Below are positions 49,601 to 63,765 of a DNA stretch of 64,000 bases, in pieces. The notes beneath the pieces are model-generated. The model ran no database searches. It worked only from the letters and a program-made list of their open reading frames with translations, and was not told where the DNA came from. The stretch lies in the NCBI GenBank assembly GCA_964106645.2, contig OZ067039.1; one strand, given 5' to 3'. The first letter of the stretch is position 1. Every line of letters starts with the position of its first letter. The translations under genes and the position numbers were made by a program. This stretch comes from Podarcis pityusensis (lineage: Eukaryota).

Positions 49601-51769
49601 TACAAAGCATAATATATTATTATTATTATTACTATTACTATTATCATTTGCAACTATGGTAGGTCAGATACATGAACATTGAAAGCACCAGTGAAACAGA
49701 TGCCTCTTATGTACCTTATGGTAGGCAAAGAGGGAATAAAACCTCATGATCTCAACAGGTACTTAGAGGTTATTCTGTAGGTTCAGGGTATCTGCAGTAA
49801 AGGCCCTGCTCATCTGCCCCGCACCCAGTACCCCTATTAGGTCAAAAGGTGGGGTACAAATAAATACCTCAAGGGCATCCAGAGAATCTCCTGGGAAAGA
49901 AGACTGTCTAGTGATGCTATTAAGCAGTTTCCTCAAGTAACTGCATATTTCCAAAAGAAATTCATTGTGGTTGGATTGTTCTATCTGAATATGCAATACA
50001 TTGTTCATTTGAGCAGGTGGGCCAATGAAATAATCTTCCACGAGAAGAGAAGAGCAAGCCAGCTTTGCTTTTGGAAATATGTTTCATTGTTAATAAGTAT
50101 ATCAAAATACTGAGCACCAAACCTATCTAAGCAGTGATACCTAAGCAGCAATGTGGAAACCTGTTGTTCAAGGCTGTGGTCCAGAAGGCTGGCCGTATAC
50201 TCCATCAGAACATAAACACCCTCTTTTCACAGGAGGTCCAAGTCTTCCTTTCATAAAATAGACTCTGCGAAAACTTCACAATGTTACCTCAGCCCTTCCA
50301 GAATACCAAGGAACTGTTTTGAATCTCCTTTGTCATCCTGCGACTAACATTCATCCAGTTCCCTACTGAGTCAAAACCTTGCCCACTCCTCCTAAGAACT
50401 GTGGCAGTGTGGTAGTGATGACACGGGACTTTTATCTCATCTTAGTTGTAAACGGATCAAAGTGAGATGCAATGGAAGCAGCTTAAGACTTTCCTGATGC
50501 TACTACGGCACTGCACATTGTGCTGACTTGCGGCAAGGGAAGAGGGAAGCCTTTGAATCTTCTTCTCCATTGGAAGCTGGACAGCGTGTCTCCACAGCAT
50601 GCTTCTGTGATGCTCTGGCTGTGTTTCTCTGCTAGGGTGTTTCACTCAAGGAGATGGGAAAAGACTGCCTCAATTTAACCTTTACTCAGATGAGGCAAGA
50701 GTGTAGCAGCTGAGAAAGGAGAAAGACATCTGCTGTTTTACAATAATGTCGCTCAAGTAGTTAGGAGATCCTGTGGCAAATAATATTCCCCACCGAAATG
50801 CAAATATGATTGTTAATGCTACATATTCCTTGCTGTGCTGTCCCTCAGTCTGTAATTGTCTCTTCCAGGCTGTACTTCTTAATTCTCCAGGACAGGTTAC
50901 CTCTTTATCTCATGCCGTTTATTGAATCATATGGATCTGCTAAGTCAGCTTTATAGTTATTTTATCTCCCCTGCCCTCCCATTTGTGTTTCTGCTACTTA
51001 GTAGGGCTATCTCATAACACGGTTTTACATTGAAAGATGTGTGCAGGATATGTGGGTATAATCTTGCAACAATTTGTCCTTTCTTTCATTATTATTATTT
51101 TTTAATTGAGGTTTGCTTTTATAATTATTCAAATCAAACTTCACTTTTTTAATAATAATAATAATAGCAGTAATAAAAACTGTAAAACTATAAATACTTT
51201 AGTTCCCCAAAACTTTAGAAGGTTGAGTACTCAATGTATTGATCAACTTAATATTTCCAAGTTTCCCCAGGCAAGAAGCACTTTGGTTAGGTACAAACAA
51301 CTAAAGAAATAGAACAATATTTAAAAATAAAATCTAAGAAAAGGAATTGAAATAGCACACAGAATCTGATCCCTTTGTGGAAATTCACCTTTAGGTATTA
51401 TATTTTCATATGGTAATCCTTTTCAGTAAGAAATATTTTGCAGGCTGCAGTGATGACAAAAATAATAGGATGAGAATAAATTATTACACCACCAACAGGG
51501 ATAGCACTGTAACAAACTAAGCCAAAGTAATAAAACTCTTCAGTACAAGATGTCTTCTCCCACCACAATGCAAATGAGGAACAGATATGAAACAGACAGC
51601 ACGGTGGTTTGTTCACATGTTATGCTTGTGGGAAGGACTTTTGTGATTAGGGCTGAGCTGAAGCCACTCAACTTTTTCTTAAACATTCTTGGCAGTGGTT
51701 AAAAATGCCTAGTGTTTCAATGATTTTTCACAGTACTTTATGAAAATGCTCACCAGTTGATTGAATACA

Positions 51770-53170
51770 TGGTTTTACTGATTTAATAGACTTTTAGATC
51801 ACTTTGTTGAGGAAAATGTCTCTCAAAGTGGTTTACAACCGTATATAATACAGATCCATGAAATTCAACAATAAAATAATTAAACATTCAAAATATCCAT
51901 TTCCATGTACAGACCAGCTTACCTTACAAGAAAACAACCACACCAACTTAAAAACAATATCCAATTGACAGATCTTAATTAACCCCAAAAGACTATGAGT
52001 TTTTAAGTCAACTTTAAATTTAACAAGGAATAGGCATGCCTGATTTCATTTGGAATTGAATTCCATAGTTGACCACACACACTAATTGAATTTAGAAGCA
52101 GGCATTTCAAGAGGTACAGGGGGTACAAGAAGGTTGATATAGGTGAAAGTGATCCTTATAGTAACCATTTAAGGCTTTAAAAGCCATTGGCAGAGCTTTG
52201 AATTGGGCCCAGAAACATTCTGGCAACCAGTGTAACTGGCATAGTATTTGTGTAACATGTTGCAACTGCCTGGCCCACTGAGTAGCCTGGTGGCAATATT
52301 CTGTACCAGTTGATGCTTAAAAATTGTCTTCAAAGGCAACATCACATAGAATGTATTACAGTAGCCTATCCTGGAGGTTACTAGTGTAAGAATAACTAAA
52401 GCAAGGTCCAGACTATCCTGACAGGGTTGTAGCATCTCTGGCAACTGCTGCCAGCCGAGCTTCCTTAGTTAGCTCTATGCCTAAGAGCAAACCCAAGTTG
52501 CATCTTGGTCCTTCATCTATGACTAGTGGAACACTTTCAGTTCAGAGCAGTTAGTTTCTCTTCCCACAGCATCTCCATCTTGTCTGAATTAAGTCTCAGC
52601 TGGTTCATCTTCATCCAACCCAATGCAGTCTCTAGGCACCGATTCAGAGGATGAGCAGATGGAAAACTGAAGTAGAGCTCACTGATAACTGCTGCGCCCA
52701 AACCTCTTGAGGACTTTTTCCAGTGGCTTCAAGTTGATGTTAAAATCTCAGTGTGACTGTTGACATTCCACAAGACAATCAGCCTAGAGATTCTGGCTAT
52801 CATGTCCGACACTACTTCTGAAAGCTAACTGGATGCTGAATTCCATCTCAGATTCCAACACTCAGCCAGACTGACTGTTTGACAAGGTATCCATTGGATT
52901 GTACCATGATACCTGAAGAGATATATGAGAAAGAGGCAAACCCTACCCCTACTACAAGAAGGCTAGCAATAACTGATCCCTGGACTTTGGCCACACTGGC
53001 AACAGCACCTGCATACTCGAGGGTACTGTAGGTTAACCCTCTAGGCTGCCAGAGCTGGAAGAACCAATCAAGTATGGAACCACACAGTTGCCTTGTTTGC
53101 CTATCTCTCCAAAATCTCCACCCACTGTCCTCTGCCCTGTAAATGGTGGTGGCCACTTCCCTCCAGCACC
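51770..53170 (-). mobile_element. Old L2-clade LINE fragment
   Basis: Minus ORF 52169-52444 DLALVILTLVTSRIGYCNTFYVMLPLKTIFKHQLVQNIATRLLSG resembles L2 (LVTSRLDYCN.LY.GLP......LQLVQNAAARLL); further RT remnants upstream. Confidence 0.78.
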
Positions 53171-54810
53171 CACTCCTTCTTCCCAATCACATTACAGGAG
53201 ACTAGGAATGGGCAAATTTATCGCTTTTGATTTATCTTAGTTTCTTATTTTTCCATCCTTAAGTTTAGTTCTCCACATTTCTGCAATTGGTTTGCCGAAT
53301 TATTATTTTTAAGTCTTCAGAGTTCTAGTGCAAATTTCTCCTAAAATACCTATTTGTGTATGTAATTCTCACCATGCATGTCACTCATTTATGCATTTTA
53401 TGCACACCTTACACTAGGATATGCATTTTGGTACACAATGCTTGGGTGGAAAACTGCTCTGCAATTTTCAGAGAAGTGCAAAATTGTGTAAACATGTGGG
53501 TCTTTATAAGGAGCCTGAAAGAGTTCAGGGCACTAGCCCAAACTCCTATTCAACAGCCTAGGAAAGCAAACTCTACCACACTCCATAAAAAAACCCCTGT
53601 AGCTACCTCTGTCATGACTGTAAGCTGAATAAGGTTTCCAAATGGCTGGTTTTCTCTTATGTAATACAGTGTACCAGGCTTGGGGCCCACTAGGCCCCCA
53701 AAACAGCTAGGCATTCCCCCTGCAGCGTTAAAGAAATCATAATGAATCCCGCTGGTGCTGTTGGCCTGTACTGCGGAGTTGTTCAGTACCAACCTGGTTG
53801 TTAAATCACAATAATGTAATAAAACACCATATTTGAAAATTTTACATTTCCCCACAAACCTCTTTCCTCATTCCCCCTCCCCCGATTCCAATCCGCCCCC
53901 CTCCTCAATGACATCATTTCTTCTCTTTCTTTCAGCGTGGCATTGTTCTTAAAGCCTCACACTCTGATTTGCTCTTTTCATTTACGCTGGAGAAGTTGTT
54001 CGATTGCTGATAGTAGAACACATTGCCATTAGCTTCAATCAGCATGCCTACCGAGAATACCACATGCCAGTGTCCACTAACAGCTTGAATGTCTTTTATA
54101 TCGTAAGTGCTCTCCCCCTTCCTCCCTATCCTCTCTCCAACACCCACCCCCACCCCATAATTCCTCTTACAATTCACAAACTCACCATTTACCGAATAGC
54201 TTTTCTCACTTCTCCACACATTTGGCTTCTTTTCGTTAGCGGGGCACTGAACATTCCCTGCAGCAGGCATGGTCGTGCTGTTTCTCTCCACGGTATAATG
54301 GTTGTGATGCAGCAAGGGCACCCTCAAATCATATGTGTGACAGAAATTACGACATGGTGAAGATTCACCATTGATAATTGATACTCAGATGAGCAGGGAG
54401 TGTGTTCCTTATAAGAGGCAAAAAGAATCCAAAACTCCTTTATATGTTATTCAAGAGTCTGTACTGTTCACAAATTCCTTATGCACAACTGTAGATTTCA
54501 CAAAAGGTGTATAATTCCAACGAAGTTGTGAAAAGAGACTCCAGGGCTCTCCTCTGCTCTCCTTTATTAATTCCTCTTACAGCTGACCTGATCCAAAGGA
54601 TTACATATCTTAATTGCAAAACAAACTCATGTCATTTAAAACCCAGCTTGCTCTATTCTTTCCCCTCTCTGTCCCTCAAATGCCACACTGAATTTTAACA
54701 AACCAATAGTGGAGAACACATAGAATGGAAAAAATCTGCAGAGTCTCCAAGGTAAATGAAATCAAGAGCTGCCACCAATAAAGAAGTTTATGAAGGGACA
54801 AAGTGTAGTA

Positions 54811-54975
54811 CACAGGAAGAGCCCTGCTGGATCAGGCCAAAGGCCCATGTAGTCCAGCATGCAGTTCTCACAGGTGCCCATGGGAAGCCCGCAAGCAGGA
54901 CATGAGGGCAACAGCATTATTCTCACAGTGATTCCAAGCAACTGATATACCAAGGCAAGCTGCCTCTGACACCAT
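54811..54975 (-). mobile_element. CR1 3'UTR fragment
   Basis: gaagagccctgctggatcaggccaaaggcccatgtagtccagcatgcagttctcacag, same family as 22799-23075. Confidence 0.82.
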
Positions 54976-56434
54976 TATAGTGAATGGGAAAACACTGGGC
55001 TTCATTAGAGTAGCTCAGGACAGGAAAAGGTTATAGCTTTTCAGTTTTAGATTCCTCATTATTAGTGAATGGTGAAACAGAGAGCTTCATTTTAACAGAG
55101 TAGCCCAGGAGCTGGATTACAGATGGAAGCCGAGAGTGCACAGAAACAGACTGGAATTTTAAAAAGTGCACAGATACAAGACACATCTTGAAGCCTGTGC
55201 ACACCTCTAGAATTTACTCCTTCTTAAAGAGGAATTTATATCCCAGCTCCCTTCTCACTTTACTAAGATCAGAACATGAATACGCTAAGGTTTTTTCATA
55301 GAGATGTATATTTATGTGAATATATCCATTGATATAAACCACACACTCCACAATTTTCATATATAAAAAATCATTTAGACCATGTTCCTATGCAACATTT
55401 TCCTGGGAATGTCAAGACAATGGTACTTACTTCTAAGTAGATGTGCATAGAATTGTGGTATAAGAGTATTTCCTAGAACGTCTACAGAATGTGGTAAGAG
55501 GAATCAATTAAGAAAAAACTATCTCCCCATATTGAATGTGGATAGCATGCATGCAGTTTGAATTGTGATGGAAATTCTAGGTAAACTGTTAAGCAACGGA
55601 CCACAGGAACTCACAATAATATAAAGCAAACTGTTAATATTGCCTTAATATAGGAAATTAGCAAGCAAGGTGACTCACAATACGTTAGCACAAATTTTAA
55701 AATAACACTCAAAATTCAAACAAACATTGGAAGTTCATGACTTAATTCTTCAAGACGCAGGGGAAAGCCTATTTGAGAAAATGCATGCATGCCTCTTGCA
55801 GACTTAAATGGATTTTCAACTAAGTTCTACATATTGATTGAAATGCTCTGAAGCACAGTTCCAAGAATACCTACTCCAGAGAACAGCATCTCTGTGTGAT
55901 ATGACACTACCCATAGATCTGTAGAAGGCTCCTGGCAATAAAATGCCCAATCTATTATTACAGGTTTAGTGCTGGCCCAAGACATTTTGCTGTCTGAAAC
56001 CGAGTCCCAGTTGTGCACCACCCTCTGCCAGGCCCAATGCTTTTGAAAGAATCCTTTGGAAAGCCCTGCCAGTTCCTGGGCCACATTTACACCATACGTT
56101 TAAAACCCTCTTGTGCCACTTTAAAAGCCGTGGTTCCCCTCAGAAATCCTGGGAGATGTACTTTTTTAAGGATGCTGAGAGTTGTTTGGAGACCCCGATT
56201 CCCCTCACAGAGCTACAATTCCCAAAGATCCCTGGGAAGAGGGAGTGCCTGTTAAATCACCCTGGGAACTGAAGCTCTTTGCCAGGAACTGGGGTCTCCA
56301 AACAATTCTCAGCATCTTTAACAAACTACACTTCCCAGTTTTCCTTGGGAGAAGTCAAGGCTGTTTAACTGTTTGCTGCAGGAGCTGCTCTGCATTCATC
56401 TATCTCCAGCCCCTAATATTACTACCTGATGCAG

Positions 56435-56436
<2 letters not shown>

Positions 56437-56470
<34 letters not shown>

Positions 56471-56505
56471 TTATTATTTATACACCACCCATATAGCTGG
56501 GCTGC
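56437..56505 (-). repeat. (AAT)n tail with a very short L2 3' remnant
   Basis: (aat)n followed by ttattatttatacaccacccat...gctgggc, as at 29365-29410. Confidence 0.7.
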
Positions 56506-57949
56506 CCTATCCTAAGTTTCTAATTGCTGTGAGCCACTCTTCTTTAGGCCAAACTGCTGACCATTGTGTACTGCTTTCTTCTACCAGTTGGAACACTCCT
56601 GAAAGGTATCTAAATTGACCCCAAATTCTGTTCTGAAGTTTTTTTAAAAAACTGCCCTGTGCTGCCCTGCCCCTGTTTCGTCTCTGTTCTCCTTTCGTTC
56701 TGCCTGTTTATGTTTATTATTGGGAAGTAAGCAGAATTATTTAGCATTCCCTGCTACTATATTTTTCAGACATTGAAATAAAAAAGAGGTGGGTTTCCCC
56801 CCTCTAATGTTTACTTTAAGATATAGAGGTGCCCCTGAGCTAGTGATAAGAAGAGGAAAATGTATTATGAGTGTTCTCTCCCCGCCCTCATTTATCACAC
56901 ACACACGCTTCTGCTAGTGATCTCAAACCTACCTAGACGGACCAATTTCCTCTAGGGATCTGTCTACTGCATCCGCCTCAGGCTTTTCCAGAAGAGAGAC
57001 TGCTAATTGGGAAAAATTATGTTGCTCTACGTGTGGTGATTTTGTGATGCAGACTGTTGTCTGCAGGGAAGTCATCTGAGGCCCTTCAGACTCACGGCAA
57101 AGATACAAAACCTCAGTAAATACTTGGCTCTGCTTACAGCGTATCGCTGGTGCTCATATGGTGGCAGATGCTAATGTTTTGGGTTTATGGGATACTGCTG
57201 GACTCCTGATTTTAAGCTAACAAACAAGTTATGCTCTCGGAATTGAGTGCATTAAATTTGGTAATGAAAAAAAAGGAAAAAAACCTGTTTTGTAGTTAAT
57301 AGTCCATCAAGAGAATAGGAATTGGAGCAAGAGGAAATAATAAATGTTCAATCCAAACCTGCTTGCTGTTCTTTTTCACGGGAGGAATGCTGCTCTGGCA
57401 TATAACATATTCGTATATTTAATCACACAATAAAATGTTTAATTTTAAGAAAGAAGAAGCTGTACCTAATTAGTTTCAGTTAGTTGCTGGATTATTCAGA
57501 AGAAGAGATTCTATGTATGCAGGGACTTCCTGTTTGTGTGTAGGTATGAGACAGGAAGCCATGATGTGAGAAGTGATGAATGCTTCTGTTTTCACAAAAT
57601 CTCCCTTCTCATAAGAAGTTGTGGGCACATGCAGCTCCACAGACTTTATGGGTTTCAGTTTACCCAATAGGACTCGCTCCTGAAAGGCAGGAGTTTATTG
57701 GCTTTCAGGGCTTAAGTGGAACCCACCAGTCTCCCCGAGAGGAGAGGTCAGTATCGACTCTCTTGGTTACTTGGGACTGGGCAGGAGTTTGAAACTAGTT
57801 TTCCCAATATACTAGGAAACATTCCTGAGGTTATCCTGAGGCAGCCACTATCATTGAAGGTCACATCCATCCTTCTCCAGGCACCACATGCCAGCAGTAG
57901 CTTGAGCTAAAGGAGCATGTGGTCACCCACATTCTCTCATGCATGCACA

Positions 57950-58094
57950 AGGTGAAAAAAGGTAAAGGACCCCTGGACGGTTAAGTCCAGTCAAAGGTGA
58001 CTATGGGGTTGCGGCACTCATCTCGCTTTCTAGCAGTTCGAAAGCATGCTAGTCCAAGTAGAAAAATAGGTACCACTGCGGCAGGAAGGTAAAC
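57950..58094 (-). mobile_element. Rearranged Sauria SINE: 3' part plus an inverted internal part
   Basis: 57950-58030 matches the SINE 3' end in the same orientation as 173-245; 58031-58094 matches the reverse complement of about 357-431; 12-bp TSD catgcatgcaca. Confidence 0.88.
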
Positions 58095-59310
58095 ATGCAT
58101 GCACACTCAGAGGCAGACACACATATAGGCGCACAGCACCTATGCACCTCATTTAATCTTTCAGCTGATCTCACCCTCTCTCCACTCATAAAAAGATTGA
58201 TCTGGTAACCAGGAAGGGGGTGATTTTCATCCTTTTCAGGGCAGAGGAATCCATTCACCTTAGCACTGACTCTGCTTTTGAAAAACTAAATAGATTTGCC
58301 TCTGCCACCAAAATTGGTGGGGTTTGGGTGGGGGGACAGAAAAATTGACTTGGTGGTGTGTAAATCGGGACCATGAAGTAGAGGTTAGTCACTATTGCTG
58401 CATCCACAGCACATGCATGGTCCTGCTTTTAAATTAGATTGCACTGCCACAGACTTGCACTCAGTTCCATCTGCAGAAACTCAAAAGCAAACCCCAAACT
58501 GAGCTGAACATGTCTGGCATCCACTGTGGGATTTCACATAACCTTTTGAGCCCATGGCAAAAGAGGAAAAAGTCAACTTGGGTTCACCAAAAACGTGACT
58601 ACCAAAGGCTTGGAACATCTGAACAAGCCCATAATTGTCCCTCAGTCTTAATCACATTCATCCTACCCTTTCCGATCAGTTTCTTCTGCAGGGGAATACT
58701 AGAAAAATCAATGCAGACGTAGCAGCTTATGCATCTTGAATTTTCACTTATTATTTATGCAGGCACACTATCTGATTCATAAATACATAAAGTGAGCCAA
58801 GACTGGGATTTATCTCTAAGAGGGTCTAAGCAATGCTCCGTGTACTCAGCCAGCAACTATTATAAGCTATTTCCCTCTCCCTTGTTTGTCTTAAAATTCA
58901 GAAGTGTTGCTCAAATTCATTTCTTAAACCTCCTGGCTTGGGGCGGGGGGAGAGAAGGATGGGCACCACAGATTTATGGCCCTTTAATACAATCAATTCT
59001 AAACATCTCTTTAGACAAATAACTTTAAAAGCAGTGCCTCCAGAAACACCTCTATTAATTTTCAAGTTCAGTATATTTTTCTGTACGTTTTTTTCTCCAA
59101 AGGAAGAAATAAAGAAAGAAGACCTCACTTTAACTTGGCTCGGAAACAAATTCCGAGAGGGAACATTTTGAAATAAAATCCCAGAAGTGTACAATCCCTC
59201 AAATAATTAAACTGGGAGAAAGTCCCCTGAGGGCAGACCAACAAAATTTAGTAAAAAATAATTGCTGTGCAGAGTCCTTGCTGTATTTGAGCTGAGTATA
59301 AGCAGATGCG

Positions 59311-59313
<3 letters not shown>

Positions 59314-59341
<28 letters not shown>
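59314..59341. repeat. (CA)n microsatellite
   Basis: Direct reading. Confidence 0.95.
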
Positions 59342-59344
<3 letters not shown>

Positions 59345-62300
59345 ACTGAGAGCAGGAACATTCCAACTTGAAACAGGCAAACAACAGAGCCATGTAACTA
59401 CCTGGCCACACCGCTGGACTAGTTGCTGGCATGCAACCCAGAATTTTATACTTCAGCCAATATAAAATAACAACCGGGCTATTTACAAGGCTCTGCCAAA
59501 TATTAACCTTATATCCAATTCGCTTCAAACCTTTCAAAGTCTCTAATGTGAACCATACAAGATCCTCGTTACTTTATAGGATTCCATAAAGGCCGCATTA
59601 TGAGCTAGTTATAGGTTTTAAAACATTGCGTGTTTATGTAAACATAATGAGGTGGGGCGTTTTATGCCAGGCAAACCCAGCAATTAATTCATTTGTAAAA
59701 CTCCATCTCCCCAGCACCACCTGAAAGAAAGAAAGAAATTAATTTGCTGAAGAAAACAGGTTCAAGTTTACCCTTAAGTCAGGGGGCCAAATGGCTTTAG
59801 CATGTGGGCTTGTGGTTTTAATGAGTTAGGATTTCAAAATGCTTTCTGCCCGCTGAGGATTATTAATGAAAAAAGGTCTGAGAATGAGGGAAGCAGATAT
59901 TGATGAGGAGGACTCATTAAAATTGTTACAAAGATAAAACAAACATTCATTACAAGGTTAAAAGGAAATTTCAAGGTGAGATTCCTGGAATGATCACATT
60001 GCATTCTGCGTGAGATTAAATGGCCTGCACTTTGGGAAAGGGATTCCCCAATATGCAAACCTCAAAAATTAACCTCTTGTTCATTTTGATCACTGAATTA
60101 TTTCTGTGCTGGTGTCAATAAAATAACATGAAGAACAGCATGTTTACCTGAATTTTCGTTTACCCTAAGGCTGAAATAAGTATTTCGCAATTATCTAAAA
60201 TTGGGCAAAGTTGGCCATTTTGTCTATCGTGCTTGAAATGACAAAATTTGAAATCAAAATGCAAATGTTCAATTTGAATGGGAATTTCTCCCACGAAGGG
60301 TCTTCCCTTATGACAGGAGGGTGTGACATCCTCCTTGTTTCAATCTCCAAGTGGGACAGGACTGAAAAATTGTCAGAAAGCCCCACCTTCAAAAATGATA
60401 GAATGTGCTGGGGCGGGGGGAACCTGAGCAAAGCCTTTTCTAGTGATGCCTACACATTGTGACAAGATTATTACCTGCTATCTCTATGGATCAACTGAGG
60501 TTTTGAGCAACGTTTTAAATTATTGCGATTTTTGGGGGGGGGAGGAACCTTCTTTGGAAAGGTGGTTCATAAACATATCTAGTTTTGCATTATTTTAGTG
60601 CAATTAGCTTCCACAGTAGTGGGCTGTGTGGTGGGGCAGAGCCAAAGAGATGCCTTCTCAAGACCAGCGTCTCTGCTACTTGCAGAGTTAGGACAAGGCA
60701 GTGGTAAGATTGGGGTCACATGGGTGCCAGGTTGGAGCACCAGATTGGCCTTTTGAATTTGTTCATTCAGCTCTGTTTGTTCCCAAGTTTTATTGCACAT
60801 AATCAAATAAATATATCTATGCAGTGTACAAAATACCACACAGAAGCACAGGAATTTGCCTTCCGCTGAGTCCATCTAGCTCAGTATCGTCTACATTGAT
60901 TGACAGTGGCTCTCCTGGGTTTGTCTTCCTCAGTCCTACCTGGAGATGACTTTTTGCATGCAAAGTGCATGTTTTACCAAGAGCTGGGACCCCTCCACCA
61001 ATGTACTATTCATTCACCCAGACATATAATCGCAATGTTCATATGAAGAAGCTTCTAATCATGGATTTCAGACTGGTCTGGATCCAGAGAGTTTTGCTTG
61101 TGGAATCTCATGCTCAGAGAGTGGTGTGGGGTGGAGTGGGGAGGCGATTTCTGCCAATTCTCCATTCCTCCTGCAGCCCTCTGAAAATCCGCTCCAGGGG
61201 ATTATAGACCTCTCCTGAAAAGTGGGGGGTGAGGGAAGGCACTTGAAAGAGTACATGCAAATAAAAGGGTAATATTCAAATGGTTCATAGACCTCACTCC
61301 TCTATAAGGCTTTTCGTTCTTTAGTGCAATTCCTTGGTATTTTACAACCTCGGCCACAAACTACTTAAGATGGTGCTTAAGTGCATTTAAATGGCTTTAG
61401 CTGCATTAAGGTCAATGGAAATCCTTTTGGGCATTAAAAGCTTACAAATGAAGTCATGGTGGGGGTTGTGTTAAGTCCATATTGTCCATCTCAACCGGTT
61501 TGTGGATCATAAATGCATTAATACAAGCTCTCTAAATACACTTAAAGCCTACCGATTTCTGCATTTTATAAAATGACTTCTGGGAGGGGCGGTGAGAATG
61601 TACTTAAATTGCCCAGAGGGAGAGGGCAGGGCTACTTACCTGAGAATTTAGGCCCACTAAGAAGATACTCTCCAGAGGATAAGTGGGGCTTAGAAGGACT
61701 GGGGCCCGTCTTACAATTTTGGGGGGGTTGTAGGTGCTGAAGATAATAAATGGCTATTAGAATTCCAAATATCTTTTCCATCTTTCTGATTTATTGGCCA
61801 TATGCATATACATGCTTGGCTTCAATAACAGGAAGCAGGTAAAGTAAGGGTGGGAAATCACATATGTGTGTTAATCAACACAAGAGCTGGGTTTTGGATG
61901 TGAATGTGAAGGATTTGGTCCGCTGGAAGTTTAGGATAGCAGTTCCACTGTACTTTGGATGTGGATGCTACAATGAATCCTAACCTCTTCAATCTTAAAC
62001 CATGTGAAATGAGAGCATGCAACTTTTCCAACCCAATCCTCTACCTATTTAACTCAGACGTAAGTTCATGGCCAAGTAGGGCTGTGGCCTTATTTACTTG
62101 AATGGACATGGGTACTCACAAGGGCTTTCAGTGTTGTGGTGTAATATTTTACGCCATTTATTGTTTGGAACAGAAGGGACACTTCTGCAGATAGTTATTA
62201 GGCTCCCTTGCCCCCTCCTAATTAGGTGTTATTTCCAATTGACTTTGTTAAAGTGAAGCCTTGAAGTATATTTTGTAGACACATTTTTAATAGCAGCACT

Positions 62301-62361
62301 GTTATTCTAACAATGGTATACTATTGTTCTATCTCACATACACACCATCTGACTAAAAGCC

Positions 62362-62493
62362 NNNNNNNNNNNNNNNNNNNNNNNNNNNNNNNNNNNNNNN
62401 NNNNNNNNNNNNNNNNNNNNNNNNNNNNNNNNNNNNNNNNNNNNNNNNNNNNNNNNNNNNNNNNNNNNNNNNNNNNNNNNNNNNNNNNNNNNN
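62362..62493. other. Assembly gap (N run)
   Basis: Run of N. Confidence 1.
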
Positions 62494-63765
62494 AATTACC
62501 GGAGATTATAGACAATCATTTCCATATGTCTGCAATGGAGAGCTGCTAATCTCTGTTTGCATGGAGGTGATTTCCCCTGGAACACTTCCCAGCCTTCAAC
62601 AGCACTAGCGCTGAACAAATTAGATTTGAAAGTCCCCCGTTTTATGACTAAGGTAATATACTCGGTGTGTTTAGAGAAACACTGAGTTTGTATTTTAACT
62701 GGCTTCCAAAAGCTGGACAGAGACCTTCTCTTCATTTAGTTTGGCCACATTAATATATAGCAATGGAGGTAGGTTCCCTCCCCCCCTTTTCCTAGGGTCA
62801 ATACATGTTTGGGGGGGGGGCTGTCATACACACCAAAAAACCGCTCTCCACCCAAAAGGCCCTAAAACATTGTTGACATCATGATGTTGGAATGCAAAGC
62901 AATTAGCCTCAGTCAGAATACTGTGTGTTGCTTGAGGCTTGGGAACACACACACAACCTCCTTTCTTATTTTAGAGTCCTCCTAACACCTTGCTCCCTGA
63001 TCTCCATCTTATGAGGCTCTGAATAGAGGTGTTTGTGTGTTCGGAGACTTCAGAATGTAGAAAGTAAGCCTTTTGTGCAACACTGACTGGGCTTTCACAG
63101 CAGCAGGACTGTGCTTTGGAAAGGTGTCTTAATCTTGTTCAAGAGAGTCGCGGACTCTGAATATTCAGGTGGCCAATGTTCCAAATGCGCTGGATCTTTT
63201 TGTAGACACTGTCTAGCAGGATGCACGTTAGATTGATTCATGGGAAGGACCTGCAAGCTCTGAAATGATGCATTATGAAAATGTTCGAGAGAAGGAAAGA
63301 CGCAGTGGTTACCCTGCAAGGGCAGCCACTATGGTTTTGGGCTGGGTGAAAAAAGAATAACTTAATATACACTCACGTTTTGTGGACAATTGTTCTGATA
63401 ATTGCAGGTACAAGGGTGGTGCAAGGGAAAAGGTGGGGGGAGCTCCTTTGTCACCCACAGGTGGTGCTAGTAATCAGAATGTATTTTTTTTTACTCAAAA
63501 AGTGAGTCCCTTTTAGTTTTTCCCGCACCAAAAACAACTTTAGATGTGCCTTGCACAAAAGCCCTTGGAGCTATTTGTCTGCAATCAGACAAGTTTAATA
63601 TCCATTCCCCTTTCCCACCCAGTGTTCAAAACCAGGAAAGAAAAGCAAGGATCTACATAGTACCTGGAACCTGGGTTTTGGGGCGCTGAAACACAACTTC
63701 GAGTCACATTTGTGCCACAATGCCAGGCAGATCCCCTGGCTCATGCAGCACCAAAAGAGGCACGT

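Noticed and set aside
63095-63319. Minus-strand 74-aa ORF after cttgcag, a possible next exon of the SLAIN-like relic
   Set aside because: No resemblance to SLAIN exon-2 motifs in the frame examined.
63452-63470. CTCF-like cccacaggtggtgct (similar weak sites near 35215 and 63965)
   Set aside because: Several mismatches to the core consensus; cannot be supported without PWM scoring or ChIP data.
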